Numbered from the stretch's first letter, positions 28,497 through 38,455 are shown. The stretch: DNA of 64,000 nucleotides from an uncultured Christensenella sp. (GCA_905195085.1 CAJJUK010000001.1:41719-105718), one strand, 5' to 3'. Notes: generated by a model from the letters alone, not told the origin. A program made the numbers and translations.

Positions 28497-28500
28497 CTTC

Positions 28501-29250
28501 ATGTTGAAGGCGACAAATAATTTCATATTGAACCTTAAAAAGCAAAAACGAGAAAATAAGTCTTTGCTTTTTTTGGATAATGTGAAAATAATCAAAGACG
28601 CATTAGAAGGTGGTTCAATCAAGCCGGAATGTGTTTTAACCAGCCTTGACAAACTTCCATTTGAGTGTGAAAGTTGTCAGGTTTATAAGGTTGATGAAAA
28701 AATAATTGAGCAGTTGGCAGACACAAAAACACCACAAAAAGTATTATGCATTGCATACCTCACACAAAATGTTGTGGAATTGCCTAAAACAAACTTTCTT
28801 GTTTTGGACGGACTTCAAGACCCAGGAAATGTTGGAACACTCATTCGCTCTGCTTTTGCCTGTGGATTTGAAACCATCTTTCTGGTGAATTCTGTTCGTA
28901 GAGAAAACAGCAAACTTATCAGAAGTTCTGTCGGTGCAGTGTTCAATTCAAAAGTCTATCAAATGTCAAGAGAAGAGTTTGTCACTTATGCAAAAAAAAA
29001 CTCTTTCAAATTGATTATGTGTGATATGAATGGAGAAAACATATTTGACTTTGCTGAAAACAACTCAAGTGACAAACAACATCTTGGAGTTGTTGTTGGA
29101 AACGAGGGGCAGGGTGTAAGTGACGAAATTGCTGCATTATGTTATAAGACTGTCATGATCCCAATGAAAAAGGGAATTGAAAGCCTTAATGCAGGAGTTT
29201 CCGGCTCAATCATTATGTATGAAATAAACAAAAATACTTTAAAGAACTAG
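28501..29250 (+). CDS. TrmH/SpoU family RNA 2'-O-methyltransferase (YsgA-like)
   Basis: SpoU motifs LDGLQDPGNVGTLIRSA, VVGNEGQGVS and ESLNAGVSGSI. It follows rplT, as ysgA does in Bacillus. Confidence 0.88.
   Translation: MLKATNNFILNLKKQKRENKSLLFLDNVKIIKDALEGGSIKPECVLTSLDKLPFECESCQVYKVDEKIIEQLADTKTPQKVLCIAYLTQNVVELPKTNFLVLDGLQDPGNVGTLIRSAFACGFETIFLVNSVRRENSKLIRSSVGAVFNSKVYQMSREEFVTYAKKNSFKLIMCDMNGENIFDFAENNSSDKQHLGVVVGNEGQGVSDEIAALCYKTVMIPMKKGIESLNAGVSGSIIMYEINKNTLKN
28741..28784. repeat. Repeat-family copy embedded in the trmH-family CDS
   Basis: GTATTATGCA-TTGCATACCTCACACAAAATGTTGTGGAATTGCC aligns along its length with unit 4117-4150 (TTGCATATCACACAAGATGTTGTGTATTATGCAA). Confidence 0.55.
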
Positions 29251-29780
29251 TTATTTTTATAGACCTTTTCTTTTGCTGTATTTTCGAATTTTTCTAAACC
29301 AAGCATGGCATTAAACAAAAGGATTCTAGAGTTATTTGTTTCAATGACCAAATTTTTAAATTTGTTTCTTTCAATTTTGGTTATATCTTTGTAATAAATA
29401 ATTTTCTTTTTAAAGAAATGGATATACACAAAAAATTCTTCAAAGTAATATACTTTCTTGTTTATTAAGAGAATTAAGAAATCTAAACAAATGCAAACTA
29501 TAAGCAATGGAATTGAAACTGAATAAAAATTAAAGCCTGAAGATTTAGAAATATCGTTTGAGAAGATGCAAAGCAACAATGATAATATGGTTATAATAAT
29601 GCAACAAACCAACAGAAAAATGATTATAGACTTTTGAAGACAAACTTTATTGTTTTTTTGATTGTCTGCTTCTTCTTTTCTGACCTTTTTTGCAAGCCTA
29701 GGTAAAAGAAAAGCCAAAATAATTTCAATTAAAATAAAACTCAACAGTGTAAATAACAGTTCCATAAATTTATCATACAT
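29247..29780 (-). CDS. Membrane protein, unknown function
   Basis: 177 aa with 4 hydrophobic helices and a Lys-rich C-terminal domain. No motif recognised. Confidence 0.55.
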   Translation of the reverse strand: MYDKFMELLFTLLSFILIEIILAFLLPRLAKKVRKEEADNQKNNKVCLQKSIIIFLLVCCIIITILSLLLCIFSNDISKSSGFNFYSVSIPLLIVCICLDFLILLINKKVYYFEEFFVYIHFFKKKIIYYKDITKIERNKFKNLVIETNNSRILLFNAMLGLEKFENTAKEKVYKNN

Positions 29781-29815
29781 TTTTGGTCACAACTTGTCAA
29801 CTTGACCGATTATAT

Positions 29816-29844
29816 TTGACAGAAATGTCAATTTTTATTATTAT
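29816..29844 (+). promoter_or_regulatory. Sigma-A-type promoter upstream of yebC
   Basis: TTGACA, 17-nt spacer, TATTAT. Confidence 0.55.
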
Positions 29845-29877
29845 ATATAAGGAATTTAACAAAAGGAGATTACAAAA

Positions 29878-30606
29878 ATGTCAGGACATTCAAAATGGCA
29901 CAACATACAAGCTAAAAAAGGTAAGACAGATGCCGCAAGAGGAAAGATTTTCACAAAAATCGGTAGAGAAATCGCAGTTTGCGTTAAAGCAGGCGGTCCT
30001 GACCCTAATGTAAACAGCAAATTAAAGGATATAATCGCAAAGGCTAAACAAAACAATATGCCAAGTGATAACATTGAAAGATCAATCAAGAAGGCCTCAG
30101 GCGAACTTTCTGGAGTAAATTACGAAGCAATCACTTATGAAGGCTACGGAGTTGGTGGTTCTGCTGTTATTGTTGAATGTTTAACAGACAACAAAAACAG
30201 AACTGCTGGAGATGTTCGTCACGCTTTTGACAAACACGGTGGAAGCCTTGGCTCAACAAATTGCGTATCATATCTTTTCAAGAGAAAGGGAATTGTTGTT
30301 GTCACAGATTTCAGCGACATAGACACTCTCATGCTTGATGCAATCGAAGAAGGTGCAGTCGATGTTGTTGAAGATGAAGATGCTGTGGAAATCATAACAG
30401 AACCTAACGAAGATGGAAAAATGCGTGATGCTCTTGAAAAGAAGGGCTACAATGTCGTTTCATCTGAAACTGCACTTGTTCCAGATATGTATGTTGACTT
30501 GAGTGCAGACCAAGAAGCAAAGTTTCAAAGAATGATTGACGCTCTTGAAGATTTGGACGATGTTCAAGAAGTATATCACAACGTAAACCTTTCTGAAGAA
30601 GAATAG
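29878..30606 (+). CDS. yebC: YebC/PmpR family DNA-binding regulator
   Basis: [27 protein letters not shown] is the invariant YebC N-terminus. Confidence 0.93.
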   Translation: MSGHSKWHNIQAKKGKTDAARGKIFTKIGREIAVCVKAGGPDPNVNSKLKDIIAKAKQNNMPSDNIERSIKKASGELSGVNYEAITYEGYGVGGSAVIVECLTDNKNRTAGDVRHAFDKHGGSLGSTNCVSYLFKRKGIVVVTDFSDIDTLMLDAIEEGAVDVVEDEDAVEIITEPNEDGKMRDALEKKGYNVVSSETALVPDMYVDLSADQEAKFQRMIDALEDLDDVQEVYHNVNLSEEE

Positions 30607-30620
30607 AAACAGGCATTTAT

Positions 30621-31034
30621 ATGGATTTTATTATAGAATTCTTTGTTGAGTTTTTTGGATATATTTATCTAAATTTTGCGATGTCATTAGTTCCAGACAA
30701 AAAACTAAAAAAATGGCAGCTGTATCTTCTTAATGCAATCAGTCTAATCGTTTCTTTATATGTTTTAGCTTCACTTTGTTTTGGAATAACATTACTGATC
30801 GTTTCAAAAGACAATTCTCAATTTAATACAGGTTTAGGATTAACAATTTCAGGTGGGTTGCTCTTGTTAATTCAAATCATTTTGTATGTTATAACCAAAA
30901 AGAGAGAAAAGAAATTAAAGAAGAAAAAGGCAATGGAGCGCAGATATAAAAAATTGCAGGAACAAAATGCAAAAAACGCTAACGAAATCATAATAGACCA
31001 AAATGATAACCAAAGTGACAATAAGCAGGGGTGA
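30621..31034 (+). CDS. Membrane protein, unknown function
   Basis: 137 aa with 3-4 TM helices and a Lys-rich tail. Its stop lies inside the terminator hairpin. Confidence 0.55.
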   Translation: MDFIIEFFVEFFGYIYLNFAMSLVPDKKLKKWQLYLLNAISLIVSLYVLASLCFGITLLIVSKDNSQFNTGLGLTISGGLLLLIQIILYVITKKREKKLKKKKAMERRYKKLQEQNAKNANEIIIDQNDNQSDNKQG

Positions 31035-31049
31035 CCTGCTTTTTCTTTT
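31024..31049 (+). terminator. Rho-independent terminator
   Basis: AGCAGG-ggtga-CCTGCT followed by TTTTCTTTT. Confidence 0.7.
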
Positions 31050-31117
31050 ATTTCCTGGCTTGGATTTAGTACGCTTTTTCATTTGACAAAATAAGCGTTT
31101 TTTATTAAAATTAACTT

Positions 31118-31609
31118 ATGAGAATTTTAGGAATTGACCCGGGCTATGGGATTGTTGGTTACGGAATTATTGACACAGACAGAGATAATGCTGTGGTGGA
31201 TTATGGTGTGATTGAAACCCCAAAAGAAGAAACTTTTCCAGTTCGTCTTCAACGAATTGATGAGTCTTTGAGGGTCCTTTTTGAAACCTACAAGCCAGAT
31301 GAAGTTGCGATTGAAGAATTGTTCTATTTCAAGAACCAAAAAACTGTCATTCAAGTGGCTCAAGCAAGAGGAGTTATTGTGCTTGCCAGTCAAAAGTATT
31401 GTGGCAGAACATTTGAATATACACCAATTCAAATCAAACAGGCTCTCACTGGCAATGGAAGAGCGGACAAACATCAGATGCAGTTTATGGTAAAGAATGT
31501 TCTGGGGCTTGCTTCAATTCCAAAACCAGATGACGCGGCAGATGCTTTGGCGGTTGCACTATGTCACAGTCAAATCAATCCTCGCTTGAATGTTAATATG
31601 ATGCAATAA
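31118..31609 (+). CDS. ruvC: Holliday junction resolvase RuvC
   Basis: MRILGIDPGYGIVGYG... and the C-terminal DAADALAVALCH. Confidence 0.93.
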   Translation: MRILGIDPGYGIVGYGIIDTDRDNAVVDYGVIETPKEETFPVRLQRIDESLRVLFETYKPDEVAIEELFYFKNQKTVIQVAQARGVIVLASQKYCGRTFEYTPIQIKQALTGNGRADKHQMQFMVKNVLGLASIPKPDDAADALAVALCHSQINPRLNVNMMQ

Positions 31610-31622
31610 TTAAGGAGAAAAT

Positions 31623-32222
31623 ATGATTTCATTTCTTGTTGGAACAATTGAAGAAAAAAGAGAAAATCTGTTGGTCATAGACGTCAATGGTGTTGGATAT
31701 GAACTGACAATTTCAAACAACACACTTGCAAGTTTGCCTATGGAAGGAGAGACAACCAAGGTTTTGACATATTTGCAAGTGAGTGAAAACACAGGGGTAT
31801 GTCTATATGGCTTTGCGACCGAAGAAGAAAAAGCGATGTTTTTGCGACTTATCACGGTTTCCGGCGTTGGACCTAAAATGGCAATCACAATTTTGTCTGG
31901 CATGAAACTTTCAGATTTGGTTGTTGCAATTGTGAGTGAAGATTCCACTCTTCTTTCAAAAATAAAGGGACTGGGAAAGAAAACTGCAGAAAGAATTTGT
32001 TTGGAACTTAAAGATAAGATTTCAGCAACTTCATTCAACATCCAAGGTTCAGAGATGATTGACAACAATTACAGCGAAACTGCTTTGAATGATGCTGTTG
32101 ACACATTAATCAACTTGGGTGTAAACAAAAATGAAGCATACAGACTTGCAAGAAGCAAAGCTACTGCAGACACAACTGCTGAAGAAATCATTCTGAAAGT
32201 TCTCAGAGAACTTGGTAGATAA
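31623..32222 (+). CDS. ruvA: Holliday junction DNA helicase RuvA
   Basis: MISFLVGTI...VNGVGYEL and the HhH region ITVSGVGPKMA. Confidence 0.93.
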   Translation: MISFLVGTIEEKRENLLVIDVNGVGYELTISNNTLASLPMEGETTKVLTYLQVSENTGVCLYGFATEEEKAMFLRLITVSGVGPKMAITILSGMKLSDLVVAIVSEDSTLLSKIKGLGKKTAERICLELKDKISATSFNIQGSEMIDNNYSETALNDAVDTLINLGVNKNEAYRLARSKATADTTAEEIILKVLRELGR

Positions 32223-32231
32223 TTCATTTAA

Positions 32232-32282
32232 ACACAAAATATTGTGTGTTATGCAGATAATGGCGTTGAATAATACACAACA
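32232..32282. repeat. Repeat-family unit between ruvA and ruvB
   Basis: ACACAA-aata-TTGTGTGTTATGCAG-ataatggcg-TTGAATAATACACAACA, i.e. inverted half-sites with degenerate variants. Confidence 0.7.
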
Positions 32283-32299
32283 AAAAGGAAATGGGAAAT

Positions 32300-33310
32300 A
32301 TGGAAGATAGATTTATAACTAGCACAAAAAATTGGACTGATGCAGAAATTGAAAACTCTCTCAGACCAACAAAGCTATCCGAATATGTTGGACAAGAGAA
32401 GGTCAAACAAAGCCTTGAAATTTATATTAAAGCTGCAAAATCAAGAAAAGATGCTTTGGACCATGTTCTTTTGTATGGACCTCCAGGACTTGGAAAAACA
32501 ACTCTTGCACATATCATCGCAAATGAACTCGGCTCACAATTCAAAATAACTTCTGGTCCAGCTATTGAACACGCAGCGGATCTTGCTGCCATTTTGACAA
32601 ATTTGGGCAAAAATGATGTTTTGTTTATAGATGAAATTCACAGATTAAACAAAAGTGTTGAAGAAATCTTATATCCTGCCATGGAAGATTTTGCATTGGA
32701 TTTCATTGTTGGAAAAGGCCCGTCTGCAAAAAATATGAGACTTAAAATTCAACCTTTCACATTGATTGGTGCAACAACAAAGGCGGGAATGCTTACAAGT
32801 CCATTGCGTGACAGATTTGGGGTTATTTGCCGTTTGGAACTTTATGAAAATGAAGAACTTCAAGTTATCATCAAACGTTCTGCAAAAATTTTGAATATTG
32901 ACATAAACGAACAAGCAAGTCTTGACATTGCAAAACGTTCTAGAGGAACTCCTCGTATTGCAAACAGACTTCTTAAAAGGGTTAGAGATTACGCAGAAGT
33001 TTTGGGAACAGGAAAAATCACAAAAGAAATTGCTGACCAGGCTCTCGCGAAAATGGAAATTGATGAATTGGGACTTGATTTCATTGACAGAAAAATCTTG
33101 GAAAGCATAATCTACAAATTTGGCGGTGGTCCAGTTGGTCTTGACACATTGTCTGCCACAATAAGCGAAGATTCAAGCACAATTGAAGATGTTTATGAAC
33201 CTTATCTTCTTCAACTTGGTTTCATCGCAAGAACACCAAGAGGAAGAGTGGCACTTGAAAATGCATATCATCATTTGGGAATGGACTACCCAGAAAATAA
33301 AGGACATTAA
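32300..33310 (+). CDS. ruvB: Holliday junction DNA helicase RuvB
   Basis: Walker [12 protein letters not shown] and sensor motifs. ATG 32300 has better SD spacing than 32291. Confidence 0.95.
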   Translation: MEDRFITSTKNWTDAEIENSLRPTKLSEYVGQEKVKQSLEIYIKAAKSRKDALDHVLLYGPPGLGKTTLAHIIANELGSQFKITSGPAIEHAADLAAILTNLGKNDVLFIDEIHRLNKSVEEILYPAMEDFALDFIVGKGPSAKNMRLKIQPFTLIGATTKAGMLTSPLRDRFGVICRLELYENEELQVIIKRSAKILNIDINEQASLDIAKRSRGTPRIANRLLKRVRDYAEVLGTGKITKEIADQALAKMEIDELGLDFIDRKILESIIYKFGGGPVGLDTLSATISEDSSTIEDVYEPYLLQLGFIARTPRGRVALENAYHHLGMDYPENKGH

Positions 33311-33311
33311 G

Positions 33312-34355
33312 ATGCAAAGAGAACTTTTAAAAAGCACATATTTTTATGAACTTCCAGAAGAGCAAATTGCTCAAACACCAATTGAGCCAAGAGATCACTC
33401 AAGGCTTCTTTGCTATAATCGAAAGACTGACAAAATTGAGCATAAACACTTTTTTGATGTAATTGACTTCTTAAAACCTGGAGATGTTTTGGTTGTAAAC
33501 AACAGTAAGGTTCTTCCTGCAAGATTGTTTGGATACAAAGCTGAAACAGGTGCAAAAATTGAAGTATTGCTTCAAAAAAGAATTGATTTGAAAAACTGGG
33601 AAGTTATCACAAAACCTCAAAAAAGATTGAACGTTGGAACAGAAATTGTTTTTAACGAAAACATCAAATGCACTGTGACTGAAAAAGGTGATTATGGTTC
33701 TTGCAAAGTTAAGTTTGATTATAAGGACAACAAAACTTTTGAAGAACATTTGATGGAAATTGGCACAATGCCACTTCCACCATACATCAAAGAAAAACTG
33801 AAAAATCAAAATCGTTATCAGACGGTTTATGCAAAAGTTGATGGTTCGAGTGCGGCTCCAACTGCAGGACTTCATTTCACTCCAGAACTTCTGAGAAAGA
33901 TCAAAGAAAAAGGAGTGGAGATTTTGGAGGTGCTTTTGCATGTTGGACTTGGAACTTTCAGACCTGTCAAAGAAGATAATATTGAAGACCATGAAATGCA
34001 CAGCGAATATTTTGAAATCTCTCAAGATGTTGCAGACAAAATTAATAAAGCAAAAAGCGAAGGCAGAAGGGTTATAGCAGTCGGCACAACATCAGTCAGA
34101 GTTCTTGAAAGTGGTGTTGATGAAAATGGAAAGCTGCAAGCCCAAAAAAGAGAGACAAAAATTTTTATCTATCCACCTTACAAATTTAAAATGGTTGATG
34201 CACTTATCACCAATTTTCACTTGCCAGAAAGCACTTTAATTATGTTGGTTTCGGCCTTTATAGGAGATATTGATAAGACTCTCGATTTGTATAAACTTGC
34301 AGTTAGAGAGAAATATAGATTTTTCAGTTTTGGCGATGCAATGTTTATCGAATAA
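33312..34355 (+). CDS. queA: S-adenosylmethionine:tRNA ribosyltransferase-isomerase
   Basis: YELPEEQIAQTPIEPRDHSRLL and FFSFGDAMFI. The start at 33312 lies right after the ruvB stop. The ORF-track start at 33183 overlaps ruvB. Confidence 0.94.
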   Translation: MQRELLKSTYFYELPEEQIAQTPIEPRDHSRLLCYNRKTDKIEHKHFFDVIDFLKPGDVLVVNNSKVLPARLFGYKAETGAKIEVLLQKRIDLKNWEVITKPQKRLNVGTEIVFNENIKCTVTEKGDYGSCKVKFDYKDNKTFEEHLMEIGTMPLPPYIKEKLKNQNRYQTVYAKVDGSSAAPTAGLHFTPELLRKIKEKGVEILEVLLHVGLGTFRPVKEDNIEDHEMHSEYFEISQDVADKINKAKSEGRRVIAVGTTSVRVLESGVDENGKLQAQKRETKIFIYPPYKFKMVDALITNFHLPESTLIMLVSAFIGDIDKTLDLYKLAVREKYRFFSFGDAMFIE

Positions 34356-34382
34356 TTAATATGCTGAAATTAAGGAATTGTT

Positions 34383-35513
34383 ATGAATGATGTAAATTTT
34401 AGTTATGAAATAATAAAAGAATGTCCTAAAACAGGAGCAAGAGCTGGAATTCTTCACACTCCAAGAGGGGATATAAAGACACCTGTTTTTATGCCTGTTG
34501 GAACGCAAGCAACTGTCAAAGGACTCAGACCTGAAGATTTAAATGAGATGGGTGCACAAATAATTTTATCAAACACCTATCATCTTTTTTTGCGTCCAGG
34601 TGAAGATATTGTCGAAAAAGCAGGTGGCTTGCATAAATTTATGAACTGGGAAAAACCAATTCTCACTGATAGTGGCGGTTTTCAAGTTTTTTCTTTGTCT
34701 GATTTGCGAAAAGTTTCTGAAAAAGGTGTTGAATTCCGTTCTCATTTAAGCGGAGAAAAGTTTCTGATGACGCCAGAACTTTGTATGCAAATTCAGCACG
34801 CTCTTGACAGTGACATTAATATGGCTCTTGACCAATGCACGGAAGCAGGGGCAACTTATGCCGAGGCAGAAGAAGCAGCAAAATTAAGTAAGATTTGGCT
34901 TGAAAGATGTTATGAGGAACATAAGGGAGGAGATCATGTTCTTTTCCCAATTGTTCAAGGCAATATGTATAAAGATTTGCGTGCAAAATGTGTTGAATAC
35001 TGCACACCATTTGCAAAATGTGGAATCGCAATAGGCGGACTTTCGGTCGGAGAAGAGAAAAGTGTCATGTATGATATGCTAGACTTTTTAAATCCAATTC
35101 TTCCACATGATATGCCAAGATATCTGATGGGCGTGGGAAGTCCTGACTGCTTGATTGAAGGCTTTGCAAGAGGTGTTGATATGATGGACTGTGTTTTGCC
35201 AACAAGAATTGCGAGAAATGGAACAGCATTCTCAAGCACAGGAAAGATGGTCATAAAAAATTCTTCATTCAAAGAAGATTTCAGACCAATTGAAGAAGGG
35301 TGTGATTGCTATGCCTGCAAACACTTCTCTAGGGGCTATATAAGACATCTGATAAACGCAGGAGAAATGTTGGGGGCAGAGCTTTTGTCAATTCATAACT
35401 TAAGATTTTTAATCCGACTTGCAGAACAATCAAGAGAGGCCATTTTAGGGGGCTATTTTGCAGAATTTAAAGAAGATTTCTTAAGAAAGTATAAGATCAC
35501 TGCAACATTCTAA
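34383..35513 (+). CDS. tgt: Queuine tRNA-ribosyltransferase
   Basis: TPVFMPVGT, DSGGFQ and the zinc site CDCYAC...H. Confidence 0.95.
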   Translation: MNDVNFSYEIIKECPKTGARAGILHTPRGDIKTPVFMPVGTQATVKGLRPEDLNEMGAQIILSNTYHLFLRPGEDIVEKAGGLHKFMNWEKPILTDSGGFQVFSLSDLRKVSEKGVEFRSHLSGEKFLMTPELCMQIQHALDSDINMALDQCTEAGATYAEAEEAAKLSKIWLERCYEEHKGGDHVLFPIVQGNMYKDLRAKCVEYCTPFAKCGIAIGGLSVGEEKSVMYDMLDFLNPILPHDMPRYLMGVGSPDCLIEGFARGVDMMDCVLPTRIARNGTAFSSTGKMVIKNSSFKEDFRPIEEGCDCYACKHFSRGYIRHLINAGEMLGAELLSIHNLRFLIRLAEQSREAILGGYFAEFKEDFLRKYKITATF

Positions 35514-35526
35514 TTGTGAGGTAAAT

Positions 35527-36147
35527 ATGAAAGTCAAAGATCAAATCTTTTATCAAATTGCAACCAATAGAGATTTTAAAGTAGGGGACAAACTCCATTT
35601 TGGAGATGAGATTAATGGACAATCCAGGATTTTTGATTTTTCATACACATTAGATGGAAAACCATTGCATGAACTTGCTTTCAAAGATTCGAAAAAACGA
35701 ATGTTCAGAGACAGAAATCTGACTTTTGAAACAGCAAAGGCTCTCTCAAACTATGATTTATTTATGAGAGAAATCGCTCTTGAAGAAGTCAGAAAAGAAA
35801 AGTTTCCCAATTTACCTTCTCGCTTTTTCTGTATGTATCTATCAGAACACAAAGAAGATATGATGGAAAACTTTAATAAATATAAGAAATACACATCATC
35901 AAAGTCAAAAAATTTTGCAGTAAGAAATCAGGGCGACTCATATCAAGCTGTCGCTGTGAAAGTGACCGGAGAAGCCTTCTTTTGTAAGGGCGTAGGGATA
36001 AGTCGAGAAGGTCTTTCATTTAATGATTATAAAAAACGAGCAGTTGAGTATTGGTCACAATCACAAACATCAAATGAAAAAACAAAAGAAATTCTGTTTG
36101 TTGGTGACGCAGAGGTTGTTGAAATTTTTGATGAAATTAGGCCATAA
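35527..36147 (+). CDS. Hypothetical protein (206 aa)
   Basis: Clean ORF starting 13 nt after tgt, with GAGG upstream. I cannot place it in a family. Confidence 0.55.
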   Translation: MKVKDQIFYQIATNRDFKVGDKLHFGDEINGQSRIFDFSYTLDGKPLHELAFKDSKKRMFRDRNLTFETAKALSNYDLFMREIALEEVRKEKFPNLPSRFFCMYLSEHKEDMMENFNKYKKYTSSKSKNFAVRNQGDSYQAVAVKVTGEAFFCKGVGISREGLSFNDYKKRAVEYWSQSQTSNEKTKEILFVGDAEVVEIFDEIRP

Positions 36148-36182
36148 ATTGACTGGGGATTATCTAAATTTCGCAAATTTTA

Positions 36183-36360
36183 ATGCATAATACTGCTTTC
36201 TATCTATTCGTAAAACACAAGTTTTACGAATAGATAGGCTATATTTTGAGTAATATGCACAAATAATTCAACTATATATTGTGTTATGCAACAAATTGTT
36301 CATTCTTATTTTTTGAGCATTTTATTTGAAAATTATTTTGCATAATACCTGTGTTATGAA
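36183..36360. repeat. Cluster of five repeat-family half-sites
   Basis: ATGCATAATAC (36183), GTAATATGCAC (36250), ATTGTGTTATGCAA (36278), TTGCATAATACC (36338) and TGTGTTATGAA (36350), in a convergent intergenic region. Confidence 0.75.
36198..36238 (+). terminator. Perfect 17-bp hairpin (probable terminator of the 206-aa gene)
   Basis: CTATCTATTCGTAAAAC-acaa-GTTTTACGAATAGATAG, followed by gcTATATTTT. The U-tract is imperfect. Confidence 0.5.
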
Positions 36361-36364
36361 TATA

Positions 36365-36396
36365 AAAAACATCTACCAAATTTAGCAGATGTTTTT
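36365..36396. terminator. Terminator downstream of nifU
   Basis: AAAAACATCT-accaaatttagc-AGATGTTTTT. The A/T runs form the stem ends. It lies 5 nt from the nifU stop. Confidence 0.55.
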
Positions 36397-36401
36397 ATTT
36401 T

Positions 36402-36851
36402 TTATTCTTCTTCAACAGATTCAACAGAAACTTCAGCTTTTTTCTTAGTTTTTCTTATTTCCGCTTTTGTTTCTTTTTCTTTTTTCTTGTAATAATCTTC
36501 TATTGCAGCTCTTATGGATTCTTCAGCCAAAATTGCACAATAAACTTTTTGAGATGGAAGTTCTCCTAAAATTTTAATAATGTCTTTGTTTGAAACTTTC
36601 AAAGCATCATCTATTGATTTTCCTTTAACTAAATCACAAGCGATATCAGAAGAAGCAATCGCTGCGCAACATCCAAATGTTTTGAATTTTGCATTTTCAA
36701 TCATTCCGTTATCATCGATTTTTAAATACATTTTGATGATATCACCACAAGTTGTGGAACTTCCAACCTGCCCAATTGCATTTGCTCCATGCATACCACC
36801 AGCATTACGAGGGTTTTGAAATCTATCTAAAACAGTTTTTGTGTACATCAT
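36402..36851 (-). CDS. nifU: Fe-S cluster scaffold NifU/IscU-like
   Basis: DRFQNPRNAGG, CGD and FGCCAAIASS. GGGAGGA lies 8 nt upstream of ATG 36851. Confidence 0.92.
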   Translation of the reverse strand: MMYTKTVLDRFQNPRNAGGMHGANAIGQVGSSTTCGDIIKMYLKIDDNGMIENAKFKTFGCCAAIASSDIACDLVKGKSIDDALKVSNKDIIKILGELPSQKVYCAILAEESIRAAIEDYYKKKEKETKAEIRKTKKKAEVSVESVEEE

Positions 36852-36853
36852 AA

Positions 36854-38029
36854 TCAAATCCTCCCTGCTTGAATTGGCGAAATTGCCCTAAGCTTTGTTA
36901 CAACTTTTTCTATTTCATCAACGACATAATCAACATCTGACTTTGATATGTTTGTTCCAAATGAAATTCTAATTGACCCTTGTGCAATTTCATCTGGTAT
37001 TCCCATTGCTTTCAAAACATGAGAAGGCAAAAGTGATTTTGACGTGCAAGCTGAAGATGTTGAAACTGCAATCCCTGCAAGGTCAAGAAGCATCAAAATT
37101 GATTCTCCTTCAATGCCGTAGAATGATATGTTCAAAATTGCATTTGATTTTTGATGAGGATGTCCATTAACTTGGAAAAATTGAACTTTCTCAGACAATT
37201 TTTCAAGGAAATATTCTCTGATCATTTTGAGTTTCTTGTTGTTTATAATATAGTTCTTTGTTGCAATTTCGATTGCTTTTCCAAATCCAGCAATTCCTGC
37301 AACATTTTCTGTTCCGGCTCTTTTTCCTCGTTCTTGGTTGTTTCCACCAAAAGTTATTGGATCAATTCTGACACCATTTTTAACATATAATGCGCCAACG
37401 CCCTTTGGTCCGTGGATTTTGTGAGAAGACATTGACATCAAATCGATTTCCATGTCTTGAACGTCCATTTTGATGTTGCCAATTGCCTGAACAGCATCAG
37501 TATGGAAAATGATTCCATAATCATGAGCAATCTTTGCAATTGCCTTGATGTTTTGAATTGTTCCAACTTCATTGTTTACTGACATAATTGAAATCAAAGT
37601 TGTATCTTTTCTTATTGCATGCAAAAGTTCTGGAAGTTTAACAAGTCCCGTGCTGTCAACTGGCAAATAAGTCACTTCAAATCCTTCTTTTTCCAATTGT
37701 TCGCACGCATGCAAAACAGCATGATGTTCAATTTGACTTGTTATGATGTGTTTTCCCTTCTTTTCATAAGCATGAGCAACACCAATGATTGCCCAGTTGT
37801 CAGCTTCAGTTCCACCACTTGTGAAGTAGATTTCATTGGCCTTACTTGCGTTTATTGCCTCTTTGACTCTGTCTCTCGCTCTGTCTACAATTGCCATGGC
37901 GTCACGACCAAAACTATGAAGAGAACCAGCGTTGCCATAGATTGTATTGAAACAAGGCAACATTTCACTTAAAACCTCATTAGAAACAAAAGTTGTTGAA
38001 GCGTTATCCAAATAAATTTTTCTTTCCAT
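36854..38029 (-). CDS. nifS: Cysteine desulfurase NifS
   Basis: PLP-lysine motif SSHKIHGPKGVG and the catalytic SSACTS loop. Confidence 0.94.
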   Translation of the reverse strand: MERKIYLDNASTTFVSNEVLSEMLPCFNTIYGNAGSLHSFGRDAMAIVDRARDRVKEAINASKANEIYFTSGGTEADNWAIIGVAHAYEKKGKHIITSQIEHHAVLHACEQLEKEGFEVTYLPVDSTGLVKLPELLHAIRKDTTLISIMSVNNEVGTIQNIKAIAKIAHDYGIIFHTDAVQAIGNIKMDVQDMEIDLMSMSSHKIHGPKGVGALYVKNGVRIDPITFGGNNQERGKRAGTENVAGIAGFGKAIEIATKNYIINNKKLKMIREYFLEKLSEKVQFFQVNGHPHQKSNAILNISFYGIEGESILMLLDLAGIAVSTSSACTSKSLLPSHVLKAMGIPDEIAQGSIRISFGTNISKSDVDYVVDEIEKVVTKLRAISPIQAGRI

Positions 38030-38129
38030 GCTCTTATCCTTTTATATAACAATTTTAACACCAATAAAAAAGATTGTCAATAGGCAACAATTAAAAATCA
38101 CCTACAACAATCAATAAAAGTTTCATATA

Positions 38130-38438
38130 TTAAAGATATTTTTTGATAGCTTCTGTTAAGTCTTCTTGCATCCAGAGACCAATATGTTTTTCTTTGATTT
38201 CTCCGTCAACAAAGATATAAATTGTTGGAATGCTCATGATTCCAAAACTTCTTGCCAATTTTTCATTTTCGTCAACATCAACCTTGAAAATTTTCACAGC
38301 ATCACCAAGTTCATCCTGAACATTTTCAAGAATTGGAGCCATCATACGACATGGTCCACACCAAGTTGCAAAAAAGTCTACAACCACAAGTCCCTTTTTT
38401 GTTTTTTCTTCAAAATTCTTTTCTGTCAAAAGTTCCAT
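38130..38438 (-). CDS. trxA: Thioredoxin
   Basis: WCGPC active site. ATG 38438 follows AGGGGGA. The ORF-track start at 38504 would overlap tcdA. Confidence 0.93.
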   Translation of the reverse strand: MELLTEKNFEEKTKKGLVVVDFFATWCGPCRMMAPILENVQDELGDAVKIFKVDVDENEKLARSFGIMSIPTIYIFVDGEIKEKHIGLWMQEDLTEAIKKYL

Positions 38439-38455
38439 AACAAATCCCCCTTTTT

